A DNA stretch of 63,921 nt, the filler included, from Malassezia furfur (taxonomy: Eukaryota): assembly GCA_052055015.1 (NCBI GenBank). It is 3 parts of 3 records of this genome, joined end to end, with 100 filler letters (N's around TTAATTAATTAA, not from the genome) between each part and the next. Parts side by side here need not be neighbours in the genome. Positions count along the whole stretch, not along the records: positions 43,902 to 63,921 come from JBQJIT010000180.1; 2 more parts are not named here. One strand, given 5' to 3'. The position numbers and the translations under genes are program-made. The notes under the pieces were generated by a model. The model made no database searches. It was not told the DNA's origin and was given only the letters and a program-made list of their open reading frames with translations. Numbering within the stretch: position 1 is the first letter of the stretch; every line of letters starts with the position of its first letter. Of this stretch, positions 62,766 through 63,921 are shown piece by piece.

Positions 62766-63921
62766 ATGCTCTCTGCACCCGACCCGTATCCGGCCGTGTC
62801 GAACCAGAATCCGGCGCCGGATGACGCGCAGATCGAGAGCAAGACGCCCGAGATCTGCGTGGACTATCTGAGCCACGAGTGGAAGGACGAAGATGTGTGG
62901 AACAGCTGGAAGGCGATGACCAAGCGCAAGAACGAGATCTCCAACGGCCTGCGCCTCGAGAACGCCAGCTGGCGCACCTGGGCGAAGCAGCGCGGCAAGC
63001 TCAAGACGGTGAGCCCCGAGACGCTGAACTGGTACGTGGCGCGCTGACGCAGGTTGAAAGAGAGCGACGTCACCTGGCTCTATGGGCCGCTGCACGGCGA
63101 GGCCAAGCCGGTGCCGCCGCCCAAGGTCGCGACCACCGCGGAGCGCCTCGGGATCGACGACCACACGGGCAAGAAGTCGATCCTGAAGCACCGCACGCTC
63201 ACCGACCTGCTCCAGCAGCCCCGGACGCTCTCCCCGGCGAGCGAGGCCGAGGAGCCCGAGGATGCCTGGAGCAAAAAGTCGGAGCTGCACACGGTGCGCT
63301 CCGAGGTGCACCTCGCGCACCCCACGGACCTGCGGCGCCGGTTAGGCTCGCCGGACCTCGAGCGCAACGTCGCCGCGGAGCCGGCCGAGGCCAAGGCGCG
63401 GCGGCACATCTCGTTCAACCACCGTGTGGAGCAGTGCGTCGCGCTGGACTATACCGGCCCCGTGTCGTCGGACGAGGAGACGAGCGCGTCCGAGGCGTCG
63501 GACGCCTCCGACGACGACGCGCCGCCCTCGCGCCGCAGCAGCACCACGAGCAGCGAGCCGCCCGCGTCGATCGCGCGGCTGGAGCCGACGCAGCTCAAGA
63601 CGCCGCACGAGTTCCACCTGCAGACGTCGCCGGTCACTCACCTGTCCGGCTTCATGGACAGCGACGACGACTCGTACGACGACGAAGACGCACGCTACTC
63701 GGTCGCCGACCCCGTCCCGGTCACGCAGGACCTCGCGTTGGACCAGGACGGGTACGACTACTATGCGTCCGACGAGGAGTATGACGGCGCATCGGCGCCC
63801 TATGTCCAGTCCGTATCCAACACCGCCCCCGGCGTTTCCTCTGCAACACATGCTAACCCACCGCCCTCTGCACCCCCGCACGCCTCCCGCTTGGACGCTG
63901 TAGACACCACCACGCCGCCTG
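62766..63921 (+). CDS. Reg1-like PP1 regulatory subunit (DUF1752); 3'-partial
   Basis: VDYLSHEW..DVWNSW, RLENASWRTW, PETLNWLKESDVTWLYGPL, RHISFNHRVEQCV. One 21-nt intron (63032-63052). Confidence 0.85.

Overview
Compact, GC-rich fungal genomic DNA. Gene content, intron signals (GTRYGY...CTRAC...YAG) and gene density point to a basidiomycete yeast of the Malassezia type; the species cannot be determined. Two artificial 100-bp contig linkers (N44-TTAATTAATTAA-N44) break the window. I rebuilt about 38 protein-coding genes by hand, mostly housekeeping. Highlights: (1) a secreted Kex2-processed repeat precursor (6872-7633, minus) encoding two related families of short peptides, a candidate undescribed peptide system; (2) very short spliceosomal introns, with 39 of the 64 I reconstructed at 21-25 nt (mode 22, minimum 21), which hide several genes from the ORF track; (3) an AT-rich island of about 470 bp (about 14% GC in its core, 58056-58525) resembling a Malassezia centromere core; (4) a bacterial-type Fe-S L-serine dehydratase, a DUF2470-SDR fusion, a tandem SDR triplet, extreme gene packing and a candidate structured ncRNA. 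All splice models come from sequence alone and need RNA-seq confirmation.
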